Position numbers and translations under genes: made by a program. DNA of 34,088 nt from Bacillota bacterium (GTDB lineage Bacteria; Bacillota; Clostridia; Christensenellales; UBA1242), in assembly GCA_009780625.1 (NCBI GenBank), contig WQZR01000002.1, forward strand, positions 1 through 34,088. Reading direction: 5' to 3'. Positions 7,758-17,055 of the stretch are shown here, piece after piece (position 1 is the first letter of the stretch; every line of letters starts with the position of its first letter). The notes beneath the pieces were generated by a model that saw only the letters and a list, made by a program, of their open reading frames with translations, did not search any database and was not told the origin of the DNA.

Positions 7758-8789
7758 ATGTTTGATATAAAGAAAAACGCGCAGACAGTTGTTTTGAAAA
7801 ACGCTCCAAGGGTTGTGGGTTTCTTTTCTGTTGCTGGTCCAAAGGAAGCTAGGGGAAAACTTGGCGAGTCTTTTGATATCGTTTTAGATGACGACACAAT
7901 GAAAGAAAAGACCTACGAAAAAACTGAAACGAAAATGCTTGTGGAGGCTGTGAACGGGGCAATTGAAAAAGCAAGTTTAAAACAAGAAGACATAAACCTT
8001 ATGCTTGCAGGAGATTTGATGAACCAGTCGACTTCAACGGGTTTTGCGGCAAGGGAGTTGTTGCTCCCGCAACTGGGATTATATGATGCATGTGCAACAA
8101 TGGCTTCAAGTTTGGTTGTTGGAAGTCTTATTCTTTCAGGTGGTGCAATGTCTAACTGCGTGTGTGTGACGGGCAGCCACTTTTCAAGCGCGGAAAGATT
8201 GTTTAGGTTTCCACTGGAACTTGGAAACCAACGGCAGAAGACAAGTCAGTGGACAGTGACTGGAGCAGGGGCTGTTGTTCTTGAAGCAAAGAAAGAGAAC
8301 GTAAAGACTAAAGGCATAAAGATTTCTGCTGTGACGATTGGAAAGGTTATTGATTTTGGAATTGTGGACCCTTCTAACATGGGTGCGGCAATGGCTCCGG
8401 CTGCGGTTCACACATTTCTTACTCATTTAAAAAATACAAAAACGAAGACAGAGGACTATAGTTTGATTGTAACTGGAGATTTGGGTTTGTTCGGAAAGAG
8501 AATTTTTCTTGAGCTTATCGCAAAAGAGGGAATAAACATAAATACTCTAGATAACTATAACGATTGCGGGGCGATGGTCTACGAAGACAGTCAGGGAACA
8601 CAACAAGGTGCAAGCGGTGCAGGGGCAAGTGCGATTGTTCTCACAAGTCATATTCTAAAAAAACTGCAAGAGGGTATATACAAAAAAGTTTTGTTTATGG
8701 CAACAGGTGCTTTGCTTAGCACAACAACAAGTCAGCAGGGTGAAAGCATTCCAAGTGTTTGTCATGCAGTTGTTTTGGAGAGGGAGTAG
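7758..8789 (+). CDS. spoVAD: stage V sporulation protein AD (thiolase-like fold)
   Basis: The N-terminus (GFFSVAGPKEARGKLG), the GDLMNQ segment and overall length match SpoVAD, and spoVAE follows 2 nt later. Confidence 0.88.
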   Translation: MFDIKKNAQTVVLKNAPRVVGFFSVAGPKEARGKLGESFDIVLDDDTMKEKTYEKTETKMLVEAVNGAIEKASLKQEDINLMLAGDLMNQSTSTGFAARELLLPQLGLYDACATMASSLVVGSLILSGGAMSNCVCVTGSHFSSAERLFRFPLELGNQRQKTSQWTVTGAGAVVLEAKKENVKTKGIKISAVTIGKVIDFGIVDPSNMGAAMAPAAVHTFLTHLKNTKTKTEDYSLIVTGDLGLFGKRIFLELIAKEGININTLDNYNDCGAMVYEDSQGTQQGASGAGASAIVLTSHILKKLQEGIYKKVLFMATGALLSTTTSQQGESIPSVCHAVVLERE

Positions 8790-8791
8790 AT

Positions 8792-9166
8792 ATGGAAATT
8801 TTTCTTTCTTTTTTATACACATTTTTGGCGGGAGGGGTTATTGTGCTTTTGGCACAGATTCTTATTGTGAAAACAAAAATAACTCCTGCAAGAATTCTTG
8901 TTGGGCTTTTGGTTCTTGGTGCAATTTTGGAGGCAGTCACTGCGTTTAAGTATCTAGAAGATTTTTTTGGAAGCGGGGTGACGATTCCGATTGTTGGTTT
9001 TGGGGCAGTGCTTGCTAGAGGTGCAATTGAAGGTGCGAGGGCTACGGGTTTCTTGGGAGTTCTTACAGGACCATTGACAGCTGCTAGTGCGGGGCTTTCT
9101 GTTGCAATTGTTTCTGCATTTTTTATGGCGCTTATATTTAAAGCTAGGACTAAAAATCTCAAGTAG
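8792..9166 (+). CDS. spoVAE: stage V sporulation protein AE (SpoVAEb-type membrane protein)
   Basis: MEIFLSFLYTFLAGGVIVLLAQ..., ITPARILV, IPIVGFGAVLARGA are typical of SpoVAC/AE family membrane proteins. GGAG/GGGAG SD present. ATG 8792 preferred over the 8759 extension that overlaps spoVAD. Confidence 0.8.
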   Translation: MEIFLSFLYTFLAGGVIVLLAQILIVKTKITPARILVGLLVLGAILEAVTAFKYLEDFFGSGVTIPIVGFGAVLARGAIEGARATGFLGVLTGPLTAASAGLSVAIVSAFFMALIFKARTKNLK

Positions 9167-9289
9167 TATTTGAAGCTAAATTGTTTTGCTAGAGTCTTAA
9201 AATCTGCGGAACTCGCTTCGCTCAAACAGTCCTCGATTTTAATACGTCTATCAAAATCAATTAATCTTCAAATTATAGAAGGAGTATTT

Positions 9290-9739
9290 ATGAATAAGCA
9301 AAAAAATCAGGAGTATCTAGATTTTATAAAGGAGCGAGAGCCAACAACAAGTTTGTTTCCAAGCATTCTTTGGGCATTTTTGATTGGTGGAGCAATTTGT
9401 GTGGGTGCTGAGGCGCTTGGAATGTGGGCACTTCACTTATGGCCGACGCTTACACCAAAAGACATTGGAGCGATTGAAGCAAGTGCTCTCATTTTTCTTG
9501 CAAGTTTGTTGACCGGCATTGGTGTGTTTGATAAGTTAGGAAAAGTTGCAGGTGCTGGCACGTTTGTGCCAATCACTGGTTTTTCCAATGCAACAACTGC
9601 TTCGGCGATGGATGGAAAAAGTGAGGGTATTGTTTTTGGAGTGTGTGCAAAAATGTTTGCCATTGCCGGGCCGGTTATTGTTATTGGAACGGTTGTAAGC
9701 ACTCTTATTGGTTTTGTCTATCTAATTTTTAGACTATAG
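9290..9739 (+). CDS. spoVAC: stage V sporulation protein AC
   Basis: MNKQKNQEYLDFIKEREPTTSL...WAFLIGGAICVGAE and VPITGFSNATTASAM match the SpoVAC N-terminus and core. GGAG lies 5 nt upstream of ATG 9290. The 9170 extension was rejected. Confidence 0.85.
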   Translation: MNKQKNQEYLDFIKEREPTTSLFPSILWAFLIGGAICVGAEALGMWALHLWPTLTPKDIGAIEASALIFLASLLTGIGVFDKLGKVAGAGTFVPITGFSNATTASAMDGKSEGIVFGVCAKMFAIAGPVIVIGTVVSTLIGFVYLIFRL

Positions 9740-9746
9740 ATAGTTT

Positions 9747-9775
9747 TTGACTTTTTGCCAAAAAAAACATATACT
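9747..9775 (+). promoter_or_regulatory. sigma-A promoter TTGACT-17-TATACT, 8 nt before ATG 9784
   Basis: TTGACT 9747-9752, 17-nt spacer, TATACT 9770-9775. There is no SD between the -10 and the ATG. Confidence 0.65.
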
Positions 9776-9783
9776 GAGACAGT

Positions 9784-10920
9784 ATGATTTATCTAGACAA
9801 CGCAAGCACAACAAGGCCATATAAAAATGTGGTGACAGAAGCAAATCGAATAAACGAACAACTTTTTTATAATCCTTCAAGTCTTCACACAAAAGCAATG
9901 ACGGTTAAAGCTGAAATGGGAAAGGCTAGAACGATTATTAGAAACAAGATGAATGCTGGCGCTGGATATAATATCATTTTCACATCAGGTGCAACGGAAG
10001 CAAACAACATTGCAATATTTCAGGCAACAAGGTTTAAGAAAAAAACAATTCTAATCACTGCAGGCGAACACCCAAGTGTTGAGGGCCCAACAAAGAATCT
10101 TAAACAAGCAGGGTGGGACATTAAACTTATTAACCTAACAAAAGACGGGCAATGTGATGTTAGTCATCTAAAACAACTTTTAAAAGACAATGATGTTTCG
10201 TTTGTTTCTTGTATATTGGTTTCAAATGAAACCGGTGCGGTTAATAACCTAGAAGAAATTTATAAAGTTGTGAAGGGGCATAACCCAAAAATTCTTCTTC
10301 ACACAGATGCAACGCAGGCGTTTTGCAAAGTTGTAGTAAATCTAAAAAAATGTCCTTTTGATATGGTTTCTATTTCGAGTCATAAAGTTCATGGGCTTAA
10401 GGGTGTTGGTGCACTTGTGTTTAACAGTAATATAAATCTTAAACCCCTAATCACTGGTGGCGGGCAAGAAGATGGTTTAAGAAGTGGAACAGAAAACACA
10501 GCGGGCATTGTTGGTTTTGGGGCGGCTGTTGAAAGTTATAGAGATTCGTATTTTGATTATGTAAAGAATTTAAAACAAACATTTTTAAGTGTTGTAAAAA
10601 AAGGCGTATCGCCTTTAAAAGTTAATGCAGATATAAAGGAATCGAGCCCATATATCTTGAGCATGTCGATTGCTGGGGTTAGAAGCGAGCATATTCTTCG
10701 TGCAATGGAAAATAGAGGTGTGATTATTGCAAACGGTTCTGCATGCAGTTCTAAAAATAACCACAACCCAACTTTGGAATCGATTGGTTGCACAATTAAA
10801 GAAATTGAAGGCAGTGTGAGAATTAGTTTCAGTGTTGATAACGGAGTTGATGAGGTTAGTAAGGCTGCAGAGATTTTTGTTGAAGAAGTGAATAAGTTGA
10901 AAAACAACATCGCACGCTAA
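9784..10920 (+). CDS. cysteine desulfurase (class V aminotransferase, NifS/IscS-like)
   Basis: MIYLDNASTT start, FTSGATEANN, PLP-lysine context SISSHKVHGLKGVGAL, RSGTEN, and active-site Cys region NGSACSS. Confidence 0.88.
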   Translation: MIYLDNASTTRPYKNVVTEANRINEQLFYNPSSLHTKAMTVKAEMGKARTIIRNKMNAGAGYNIIFTSGATEANNIAIFQATRFKKKTILITAGEHPSVEGPTKNLKQAGWDIKLINLTKDGQCDVSHLKQLLKDNDVSFVSCILVSNETGAVNNLEEIYKVVKGHNPKILLHTDATQAFCKVVVNLKKCPFDMVSISSHKVHGLKGVGALVFNSNINLKPLITGGGQEDGLRSGTENTAGIVGFGAAVESYRDSYFDYVKNLKQTFLSVVKKGVSPLKVNADIKESSPYILSMSIAGVRSEHILRAMENRGVIIANGSACSSKNNHNPTLESIGCTIKEIEGSVRISFSVDNGVDEVSKAAEIFVEEVNKLKNNIAR

Positions 10921-10924
10921 TCTG

Positions 10925-10933
10925 TGCTAAAAT
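10925..10933 (+). promoter_or_regulatory. extended -10 promoter TGcTAAAAT, 6 nt before ATG 10940
   Basis: TGc + TAAAAT at 10925-10933, then tatctt, then ATG. No SD. Confidence 0.55.
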
Positions 10934-10939
10934 TATCTT

Positions 10940-11614
10940 ATGAAAAAGATAGTTCTAGTTACGGGTGCATCTAGGGGAATTGGAGCAGAAGTTGCAAGAC
11001 AGCTTTCTAGGCTAGGCTTTTTTGTTGTGCTTGGTTATAACAAAAATAAAGAAAAGGCAGAACAGGTTCTAAAAGATTGCGGCGGGAATGGAGTTTGCGT
11101 TCAGGCAGATATTTCTAAATATGAAGACTGCGAACAAATGATTTCTGAGATAAACAAAAATCACGGGGAAATTTACGGGCTTGTTTGCAATGCGGGTGTT
11201 ACGCAGAAGAAGTTGCTTATAGACCAAACAGAAAAAGAGATGGCTGAAATTATAAACACCAATTTAATGAGTGCTATGTATCTAACAAATCTTTGTTTAA
11301 ATCAAGAAAGTGAAGGTTTTGAAAAGCCGCTTAAGCATATTGTGTTTGTTTCGAGTGTGGATGGAATTAAAGGAAACGCGGGTGAGGCGGTTTATTCTGC
11401 AACGAAAGGTGGGTTGATTGCTTTAAGTAAATCGCTTAAAGATGAACTTGAGCCTTTTGGGGTTGCAGTCGAATGCGTTGAACTGCCTGCGGTGCTTGGA
11501 ACTGGAATGATGGATGAGTATACAAAAGAAGAACTTGAAGAAATCAAAAAGACATATAAAGTTATTTCAAAAGAAACAGCGGCAGAATATATAACCAAGC
11601 CGTTCGTTAAATAG
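10940..11614 (+). CDS. short-chain dehydrogenase/reductase (FabG-like)
   Basis: VLVTGASRGIGAEVA (TGxxxGxG), NAGV, and catalytic YSATK (YxxxK). Confidence 0.85.
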   Translation: MKKIVLVTGASRGIGAEVARQLSRLGFFVVLGYNKNKEKAEQVLKDCGGNGVCVQADISKYEDCEQMISEINKNHGEIYGLVCNAGVTQKKLLIDQTEKEMAEIINTNLMSAMYLTNLCLNQESEGFEKPLKHIVFVSSVDGIKGNAGEAVYSATKGGLIALSKSLKDELEPFGVAVECVELPAVLGTGMMDEYTKEELEEIKKTYKVISKETAAEYITKPFVK

Positions 11615-11663
11615 TTTTGTTTAAATCTTAAAATCAATTTAACTTCACTATAATAACAGCAAA

Positions 11664-11686
11664 AGAGCACGGTGTTTCCGTGCTCT
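11664..11686. other. strong 9-bp GC-rich hairpin, no T tract on the + strand
   Basis: agagcacgg-tgttt-ccgtgctct. On the minus strand it is followed by tttgctgtt. Function unclear. Confidence 0.4.
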
Positions 11687-11936
11687 ATTCATGGAGATAG
11701 TTTTTTATCTAGTCTCTATTTTTTTCTGCTTGTTGTTGTGCTACGCGTAGCATTGTTCATCATGCTAGGAGTTGCTCTATTCATGCAGGCCATGCAACCT
11801 TTCGGTTTTGCCATTGGCTTTTTTGTTGTTCTCACGTCTCATACCTCCATGTTGCTATTGTGTGAGGGTGTGGTGTTCTCTATGTGTGCCAATTTTTTAC
11901 AACTAGGTTTTGCCATATTCGGCACAAGATAAAGTA

Positions 11937-13958
11937 ATGACTAAACGCGTTGCTCTATTATGTACTCTAGTTTTGTTGGTTTTAGTGACGGGTTTTGTAT
12001 ATATTCCAACGGTTCATACTGCACAAGCGGCAACGGTGAACAAAAAAGAGTTGGTGGCGGTTTTAGACTTTCCAACTTTTTTTGACATTGAAGGAAAACC
12101 AATAGAGCAGTTTAACAACACAATAAAAACTGCAACGCTTTTGGAACTCAGCCCACACACAGTGCAGGCGTTTTTAAGCATCGAAGATAAAACGTTTTAT
12201 AAACATAATGGTATGAACTATAAGCGAGTGGTTGGTGCGATGGTCAACAATGTTAAAGCAAAGCGGCTTAAAGAAGGGGCAAGCACCATAAGCCAACAAC
12301 TTGTAAAAAACACATATCTAACAAATGAAAAGACATTCAAAAGAAAATATGAAGAAGTGATGACAACTTTCAAACTCGAAAAGCAACTTTCAAAAGAAGA
12401 AATTCTAACGCTCTATTTAAACACAATCTTTTTTGGAAGAGGGGCATATGGAATAAGCCATGCAAGTTTGGTTTATTTTGGTAAGAAGGCAAATGATTTA
12501 AACCTTGCTGAGAGTGCAACACTTGCGGCAATAATTAAAGCACCAAACTTCTATTCTAAACCAGAGAATCACGCAGCGCTTTTGAAGCGAAGAAATTTGG
12601 TTCTAAGCGAAATCTATAAAGATGAGCGATGTAGTTTGGAGGAATATAACAAAGCCAAGGCTAGCGAACTTGCTTTTATTTCTGCAGAGAAACAAACACT
12701 AGATATTGCCTATAAGAATGCAGTTTTGGAAGAAGTTTCAATAAAAACGGGTATTCCGGTCAAGGCTCTAGGGAATAAGAATTTAAATATATACACAACG
12801 TTTTCTCAGGAAAAGCAAGATATATTAAATGAAGCGGAACAAAAAGAAATAAAGAGAAACAAAAGGCTAGCTCACTTTCTAAACGCTTCTGTGATGCTTG
12901 ATACTCACGGCAGAGTGTTGGCGATGACGGGGGAACATAATCAAACACACATCATGCGTCAACCTGCATCTGCTGCAAAACCGTTTATGGTTTATGCCCC
13001 TGCGTTTGAAAAATCTATTGTAAACCCACTTAGTTTGATTGAAGATTCGCCTATTGAAATTGATGGTTGGAAGCCTGCAAACGCCAGCGGAACATATGAT
13101 GGCTGGGTAACCGTTAAGGACAGTTTGAAAAGAAGTTTAAACACCCCAACGGTTAGGCTATACGAAAAAATTGGAGCAAAAGAAGTGGACGAATTCTCCA
13201 GAAAATGTGGCATAAATCTAGATAATCAGGAGATAAACAATGCCATAAGTCTTGGCAGTTTTAGGCGTGGAATGAATGTTGTTGAGCTTGCTGGAGCGTA
13301 TCTTCCGTTGGCTTCTGAAGGTGAGTTTATTAAGCCATATTTTGTTGAAAAAATAGAGCTAAAAACGGGTGGAATTCTCTATAAAAATAAGTCCGAAAAG
13401 ACTCAAGTTTTCAGAACTGACACAGCGTTTTTGGTGACGGACATTCTAAAAGAAGCCACCAGAAGCGGCACAAGCAAAAATATTGGCAATTTGGGCTTTG
13501 ATGTGGCGGCTAAGACAGGCACGCAGGGAAGCGGAATAAACGCCCAAAACACAGACATTTATAGCGTTGCCTACACCACTGAAAATATAGTCGTTTCTTG
13601 GGTTGGTTCTAGAGATTTTAAAGACAGAAATACCATGCCAAAAGAGGTTAATGGAGCGACTGTTACGACCAATTTAAACAAGAAAATTCTAGAGAATTTA
13701 TATAAAGAGCACAAGCCAAAAGGGTTTAAAATTCCACCATCTGTGGTGGAACTTAGAATAGATAAAGATGAGTTAAAGAAAGGCAAGTTGCTTTTGGCTA
13801 GTGAATATGCACCGGAAGAAAATGTGACGAAATCTTTCTTCTCGGTTCACAATCGTCCGTGGCAAAAGAGTGAAAATTTCCCCGAACCAACTATGCCCGG
13901 CAGTGTGTGGGAAAGGTTTTTGGCATGGTATAATTATGTATGTCAAAGAAACCAATAG
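11937..13958 (+). CDS. class A penicillin-binding protein (glycosyltransferase GT51 + transpeptidase)
   Basis: N-terminal TM segment. GT51 motifs EDKTFYKHNG, GASTISQQLVKN, RKYEE. Transpeptidase motifs SAAKP (SxxK), SLN (SxN), KTGT. ATG 11937 preferred over TTG 11910. Confidence 0.9.
   Translation: MTKRVALLCTLVLLVLVTGFVYIPTVHTAQAATVNKKELVAVLDFPTFFDIEGKPIEQFNNTIKTATLLELSPHTVQAFLSIEDKTFYKHNGMNYKRVVGAMVNNVKAKRLKEGASTISQQLVKNTYLTNEKTFKRKYEEVMTTFKLEKQLSKEEILTLYLNTIFFGRGAYGISHASLVYFGKKANDLNLAESATLAAIIKAPNFYSKPENHAALLKRRNLVLSEIYKDERCSLEEYNKAKASELAFISAEKQTLDIAYKNAVLEEVSIKTGIPVKALGNKNLNIYTTFSQEKQDILNEAEQKEIKRNKRLAHFLNASVMLDTHGRVLAMTGEHNQTHIMRQPASAAKPFMVYAPAFEKSIVNPLSLIEDSPIEIDGWKPANASGTYDGWVTVKDSLKRSLNTPTVRLYEKIGAKEVDEFSRKCGINLDNQEINNAISLGSFRRGMNVVELAGAYLPLASEGEFIKPYFVEKIELKTGGILYKNKSEKTQVFRTDTAFLVTDILKEATRSGTSKNIGNLGFDVAAKTGTQGSGINAQNTDIYSVAYTTENIVVSWVGSRDFKDRNTMPKEVNGATVTTNLNKKILENLYKEHKPKGFKIPPSVVELRIDKDELKKGKLLLASEYAPEENVTKSFFSVHNRPWQKSENFPEPTMPGSVWERFLAWYNYVCQRNQ
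13926..13934 (+). promoter_or_regulatory. extended -10 promoter TGgTATAAT inside the PBP 3' end, 5 nt before ATG 13940
   Basis: TGg + TATAAT at 13926-13934, then tatgt, then ATG 13940. No SD. Confidence 0.5.
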
Positions 13959-14551
13959 AAGATGTTGAAGCAAGAATTAAAATGGAAATGTCATACATTG
14001 GAAGCTGGTTTTTTATTAGTTGGAATAAGCAAACCCCAAAAGATTTAAGAGAGAAATATATCACATATAACAGCGAAGTTTTGTATAACATCAAAGCCTT
14101 CGAAAGGCAAAGAGAGACAAAGGTTTTTAAGCATATAACACTTGAAGATATTAAAAACATTTTCACAGAAGGGAAAGCTGTCACTGTTGATTTTTCTAAG
14201 TGTCATTCTGAGGAATCAATCAGTCTAGAAGAGTTATATGAAAAGGCGTGTTTCTATAGAGACAAGAAACAAGACTTTATAGAGTCGTTTGGAACGTTTC
14301 CAAATGCTCCAATAAAAGATGACGCAAACTATATTATGTATAACGAAAAGAAAACCAGATGTGCCGAGGTTTATAAAACAGGTGACTATTTTATGTATCG
14401 TGCGTGGCAAAGATGGTTTTTAGGAAAAGAGACAAAGTTTGTGTGGGTGCCGCTATATTTACAAGGTATTGATTTTTTTAGAACGAAAGAAGAGGCTATT
14501 GAGTTTATAAAGCCTTATATATATTTTGAAGAAAAAAGAATTGATTATTAA
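13940..14551 (+). CDS. hypothetical protein
   Basis: 203-codon ORF overlapping the PBP stop by 19 nt. No motif recognised. Confidence 0.6.
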   Translation: MSKKPIEDVEARIKMEMSYIGSWFFISWNKQTPKDLREKYITYNSEVLYNIKAFERQRETKVFKHITLEDIKNIFTEGKAVTVDFSKCHSEESISLEELYEKACFYRDKKQDFIESFGTFPNAPIKDDANYIMYNEKKTRCAEVYKTGDYFMYRAWQRWFLGKETKFVWVPLYLQGIDFFRTKEEAIEFIKPYIYFEEKRIDY

Positions 14552-14575
14552 AACAAAAACTCCATAATATATTTC

Positions 14576-14785
14576 ATGACTAAAAAGCCTAACAACAAAG
14601 CTAGTCGTGAAATTAAACTTTTTCGAAAGTCAGTTTTGGTTGGGTTTTTTATTTTTGTTCTTTGCGTTTCAATAATCTCAATTCACGCATTCCACCGCAA
14701 AGCACTTGTGGAAAGAATGGAGCATCAACAAGGGCAAATTGTTTCGGTGTTGAAAGATATTGAACAAGACCGAGACCAAATGTAG
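14576..14785 (+). CDS. small single-pass membrane protein, hypothetical
   Basis: 69 aa: basic N-terminus, TM segment VLVGFFIFVLCVSIISI, helical charged tail. TTGATT-16-CATAAT lies upstream with 7 nt to the ATG and no SD. Confidence 0.5.
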   Translation: MTKKPNNKASREIKLFRKSVLVGFFIFVLCVSIISIHAFHRKALVERMEHQQGQIVSVLKDIEQDRDQM

Positions 14786-14811
14786 TGGTCACTGTCTCAG
14801 AGACCCGGTTC

Positions 14812-14833
14812 GGGGCGTTGGGGACAACGCCCC
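14812..14833 (+). terminator. GC-rich hairpin (possible terminator or processing site) upstream of thiI
   Basis: ggggcgtt-ggggac-aacgcccc. The downstream tract is only weakly T-rich. Confidence 0.4.
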
Positions 14834-14849
14834 CTACACAATTATTTTA

Positions 14850-14858
14850 TGTTATAAT
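14850..14858 (+). promoter_or_regulatory. extended -10 promoter TGtTATAAT, 6 nt before ATG 14865
   Basis: TGt + TATAAT at 14850-14858, then gttttt, then ATG. No SD. Confidence 0.6.
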
Positions 14859-14864
14859 GTTTTT

Positions 14865-16073
14865 ATGAAAAACGTAATTATACTAAGCTTTGGCGAACTT
14901 TGGCTTAAAGGCGAAAACCGCGAGCATTTTATCAGACAACTTCTTGGCAACACAAAAAAAGCAATTGAAGAGTTTAACGCAACAATTAAAAGAACAGATG
15001 GTTCTGTTTTGGTATGCGGCTATAACCCAGATGACGAGCAAGATATTCTAAGAAATCTCTCCCTCGTTTTTGGCTATTCAAAAATAGTTAAGGCAATTGA
15101 GGTTGACGCAGACGAAAAGAAAATTTTAGACGCTGTTGTTAAACAACTTGCAGATATTTCCAAACCAATAACATTCAAGGTTCAAACAAAACGCACAGAC
15201 AAAACATTTCCAAAAACCAGCCCAGAGCTAAATGGCATTGTGGGGCACAAAGTCCTGACAACATATTCTCACTTCACCGTTGAAATTCATAACCCAGAAC
15301 TTGTTGTTGGGGTGAGTATCAAACAAAACAAAAAAGCATACATCAGTTTTGGAGAAGAAGAAGCGGCATGCGGACTTCCAGTTGGAGTTTCTGGTGCGGG
15401 TCTTTCACTTCTAAGCGGAGGAATAGATAGCCCAGTTGCAAGCCACCAAATGGCAAAACGCGGACTTGAAATTGTTTATATCAACTTCGAAAGTTTTCCA
15501 TACACAAGCCTTCAAGCAAAACAAAAGGTTTTAGATTTAGCAAAAATTCTTAAACCTGCAACTCTTTCAAAAATTTTGATTTATTGCAACATTAAAGAAA
15601 TTCAAGAAACTCTAAACAAAAACACAGACAAGAAATATGCTGTTGTTCTCACACGAGTTCTTATGGCAAGAATATGTGATGAAATTGTCCGCAACCCAAA
15701 ACTTTTGGAAGAAAGAATTTCAAACAAGAAACTGCTTCCAAAAAATAAACTCTCTATGCTGATTACTGGCGAGAGTCTTGGGCAAGTTGCAAGCCAAACA
15801 ATTGAGAACTTAACTGTTGTAAATAACGCGATAGAAACAATATTCATTCGCCCGCTTATTGCAAGAGATAAAGAAGAGATTATAAAGATTGCAAAAAAGA
15901 TTGGAACATTTGAAACTTCAATCAAACCATATGAAGATTCTTGCACAGTGTTTGCACCACAACATCCAATCACAAAAGCAAAACAAAAAGACGTCGACCT
16001 AGAACTTGCTCGCATCGACGCCGAAACACTTATCAAAAATGCTCTTTCAACTCTTGAGATTGTTGAGATTTAA
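14865..16073 (+). CDS. thiI: tRNA 4-thiouridine(8) synthase ThiI (short form, no rhodanese domain)
   Basis: MKNVIILSFGELWLKGENR is the canonical ThiI N-terminus. PP-loop motif LLSGGIDSPVA present. The 35-codon upstream extension in the track crosses the hairpin and promoter, so it was rejected. Confidence 0.9.
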   Translation: MKNVIILSFGELWLKGENREHFIRQLLGNTKKAIEEFNATIKRTDGSVLVCGYNPDDEQDILRNLSLVFGYSKIVKAIEVDADEKKILDAVVKQLADISKPITFKVQTKRTDKTFPKTSPELNGIVGHKVLTTYSHFTVEIHNPELVVGVSIKQNKKAYISFGEEEAACGLPVGVSGAGLSLLSGGIDSPVASHQMAKRGLEIVYINFESFPYTSLQAKQKVLDLAKILKPATLSKILIYCNIKEIQETLNKNTDKKYAVVLTRVLMARICDEIVRNPKLLEERISNKKLLPKNKLSMLITGESLGQVASQTIENLTVVNNAIETIFIRPLIARDKEEIIKIAKKIGTFETSIKPYEDSCTVFAPQHPITKAKQKDVDLELARIDAETLIKNALSTLEIVEI

Positions 16074-16074
16074 T

Positions 16075-17007
16075 TTACCACCAACCGATATAAATATCAT
16101 CAGCAAAAGGTTTGCCGTTGAAATAGTTTGCTATTTCTGTTGCACGTGCTGTGCCGTTTTCGTTTAAGAAAATTTCAATATAGGCATATCTTGCGCCGAT
16201 GTTTGGCCATTCCCAATATTGATATCGAACACCTGCAATGTTTGGGTGCCAAAAATCATTTGTTGTGAAACTTTCTTCTTTAACTCTGTGGAAATGGCTA
16301 TCTTTAATTGAAACAGTGATTGAAGAGGAAGGGTCGATAACATTTGTTCTGGTGTAAGCAAAACTGGTTGCGGTGAAGTCTGTTCTTGCGATATTTATTT
16401 CATAACTGAACGAGCCAGTTGCTGGAAGCATTGCAAGTGCATATCGGTTGAAGTTTACAACCAAGATGCCATTTTGTTCTTCAATTGTGCTTGGCCAGTT
16501 TATATTTTGGAAATAACCTTCGTGAACATAGTATAGAATTAATATATTGTTTTCAAAATATGCTTCGTTATATCTGGTTTCCAAATCTTTAAATGGGCAG
16601 TCGCACCATTGTCCGAATTCAGGGTCGTCGCAAAAACATCCATGTAGGGTTGCAACTGTAGGTTGAATCATTGCAAGTTCTGTTGTGTTTTGAACCACTG
16701 CAAAGAATGGGTGTCCCCACGTATTTTGCGGGGTGTGTATTCTAGAATCAAAAATGACACCAACTTTTTCATAATATTGAAAAAGGTCTGGCGTCATAGA
16801 CGACCAACTTGAATGACCATTTGAAATGAAAGGAATAGGGGAAACCACATCAGCGGCAACAATAACTTCCTGCCCAAGTGTTGGTCGCCAGTCTTCAGGC
16901 GGCGTCCAGTGTTTCCAAGGGTTTCCATCACCTCCGGCGTCGCATCCCATAAGAAATATTGAGAATAGCAGGGGTATAGCCAAAAATAGATGTTTAAACT
17001 TCTTCAT
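16075..17007 (-). CDS. lipoprotein, hypothetical (Cys-cluster CFCDDPEFGQWCDCP)
   Basis: MKKFKHLFLAIPLLFSIFLMGC is a signal peptide plus lipobox. GGAGG lies 8 nt upstream of ATG 17007 (the track start 17013 is a TTG). Confidence 0.75.
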   Translation of the reverse strand: MKKFKHLFLAIPLLFSIFLMGCDAGGDGNPWKHWTPPEDWRPTLGQEVIVAADVVSPIPFISNGHSSWSSMTPDLFQYYEKVGVIFDSRIHTPQNTWGHPFFAVVQNTTELAMIQPTVATLHGCFCDDPEFGQWCDCPFKDLETRYNEAYFENNILILYYVHEGYFQNINWPSTIEEQNGILVVNFNRYALAMLPATGSFSYEINIARTDFTATSFAYTRTNVIDPSSSITVSIKDSHFHRVKEESFTTNDFWHPNIAGVRYQYWEWPNIGARYAYIEIFLNENGTARATEIANYFNGKPFADDIYIGWW

Positions 17008-17055
17008 TCGCAAGCCCTCCTAAATATATTCGTTACTATAATTATATCGTAGTTC

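Noticed and set aside
9187-9195. TGcTAGAGT as an internal promoter for spoVAC.
   Set aside because: It would give a ~95-nt leader, the candidate -35 TTGAAG has only 14-nt spacing, and there is no independent support. Mentioned only within the spoVA finding.
11672-11932. 86-aa hydrophobic ORF upstream of the PBP gene.
   Set aside because: It has a non-ATG start inside a hairpin and no SD. Its composition simply reflects the G+T-rich strand. Treated as non-coding leader (see finding).
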